From IMG/VR virus record IMGVR_UViG_3300007747_000052: a stretch of 6,896 bases of DNA. One strand, given 5' to 3'. The notes under the pieces are model-generated. The model was not told the DNA's origin. It searched no databases and worked only from the letters and a program-made list of their open reading frames with translations. A program made the translations under genes and the position numbers. Positions within the stretch are counted from its first letter, which is position 1. Each line of letters starts with the position of its first letter. This DNA is from a virus (Duplodnaviria; Heunggongvirae; Uroviricota; Caudoviricetes). This document shows positions 6,154 through 6,896 of this stretch, one piece after another.

Positions 6154-6896
6154 AACCATCCTCCGGAAGTCAGCCAGGGGTTAACATCGTCAGTTACTGT
6201 TTTCTTCCGTTTTTGTTTTTTAACAGGCGTGGATACCGGTTCCGGTGAGGGTGACGGTTCGGTACTGTCCGGGACACACTCCAGCCAGGTTTCCCGGCTC
6301 GCCCACTCCGGTGCATCCGGCCAGCGGATCTTTTCGTATCCATGCAGAATGACCAGAGCCTCGGCATACACCATCAGGTCAAAGGCTTCGTTGGCACCGC
6401 GACCCGGCTTACTCCATTTCCCGTCACTGCTCCGCTCTTCATACGTCAGTTCGTCGTAAAACCAGCTCCCCAGCCAGTCAGGGAAATGCACATAGCCTGG
6501 ACCTGGCGAGTCACGCCATAACGCGTTATTCACCCGGTCTTTCAGGGCATCCGTCTGAAGAAGCCAGAGCGGCACATCACCTGCGGCCTGCGCCCGTCGG
6601 CCCGTTCGTCCGGTGTTATCAGGGAATGTACGGGTGATCAGTTTTGCGCGCCGGATGCTGTCGCCCTTAAACAGGTAAATACGTTTACCAAGGCCATCAC
6701 GACGGCAACGACGCCAGAATTTATAGGCATTATCAGTGACCCCGTCTTCACCGCCGGAGTCCACCGCCATTGCCATCAGTCGCATTTGTTGAGAAGGATC
6801 GGAGGCCAGCGGCCAGCTTTTATGAAAAACATCCGTCAGCAGGACATCCCAGTCTTCCGGATAGCTGGCCGGATCAATTCGCTGGCTCTCCCCGTC
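6150..6896 (-). CDS. Terminase large subunit, lambda gpA-like; C-terminal part only, the 5' end lies beyond position 6896
   Basis: Minus-strand frame is open from the window edge to TGA at 6152..6150 (DGESQRIDPASYPEDWDVLLTDVFHKSWPLASDPSQQMRLMAMAVDSGGEDGVTDNAYKFWRRCRR...GKRIYLFKGDS...YVHFPDWLGSWFYDELTYEE...KPGRGANEAFDLMVYAEAL...). It is directly upstream of the W-like and portal genes. The motifs resemble the lambda gpA C-terminal region as recalled. Confidence 0.75.
   Translation of the reverse strand, partial: DGESQRIDPASYPEDWDVLLTDVFHKSWPLASDPSQQMRLMAMAVDSGGEDGVTDNAYKFWRRCRRDGLGKRIYLFKGDSIRRAKLITRTFPDNTGRTGRRAQAAGDVPLWLLQTDALKDRVNNALWRDSPGPGYVHFPDWLGSWFYDELTYEERSSDGKWSKPGRGANEAFDLMVYAEALVILHGYEKIRWPDAPEWASRETWLECVPDSTEPSPSPEPVSTPVKKQKRKKTVTDDVNPWLTSGGWL

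Noticed and set aside
6229-6459. Plus-strand ORF 6229..6459
   Set aside because: Antisense to the terminase large subunit C-terminal region.
1-6896. Search for tRNA, CRISPR repeats, IS inverted repeats, attachment-site direct repeats or a plus-strand defence or moron gene
   Set aside because: I found no periodic repeats, cloverleaf-like segments or terminal inverted repeats by eye. Coding is continuous on the minus strand, with only short intergenic spacers of about 86 nt or less, so there is no room for an inserted cargo gene.

Overview
This window is a densely packed, entirely minus-strand virion morphogenesis module of a lambda-like (lambdoid) phage or prophage, with lambda gene order preserved. 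Reading 5'->3' on the minus strand: terminase large subunit (3' part, runs off the window), gpW-like head completion protein, portal, one long ORF with a ClpP-type prohead protease N-terminal domain joined by a Pro/Ala-rich linker to a major-capsid-like C-terminal domain, a small head-module protein, gpFII-like, gpZ-like, gpU-like, gpV-like major tail protein, and the 5' part of a gpG-like tail assembly chaperone. Three gene junctions are ATGA stop/start overlaps and there are minus-strand terminator-like hairpins after the capsid gene and after the major tail gene. The head genes read as intact, but the two tail genes Z and V carry three frame disruptions within about 1.1 kb; one sits exactly on an A_AAA_AAG heptamer followed by an in-frame TGA. 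A 13-N assembly gap lies inside the protease-capsid ORF, so this is a draft assembly and sequencing indels cannot be separated from real pseudogenisation or recoding. All homology calls come from reading the translations and recalling protein families (phage lambda A, W, B, FII, Z, U, V, G; ClpP; HK97-type capsid); no database search was run. I see no tRNA, rRNA, CRISPR array, IS element or convincing plus-strand gene. The only candidate for something unusual is the protease-capsid fusion plus the recoding-like site in the Z homolog, and both are conditional on sequence quality.
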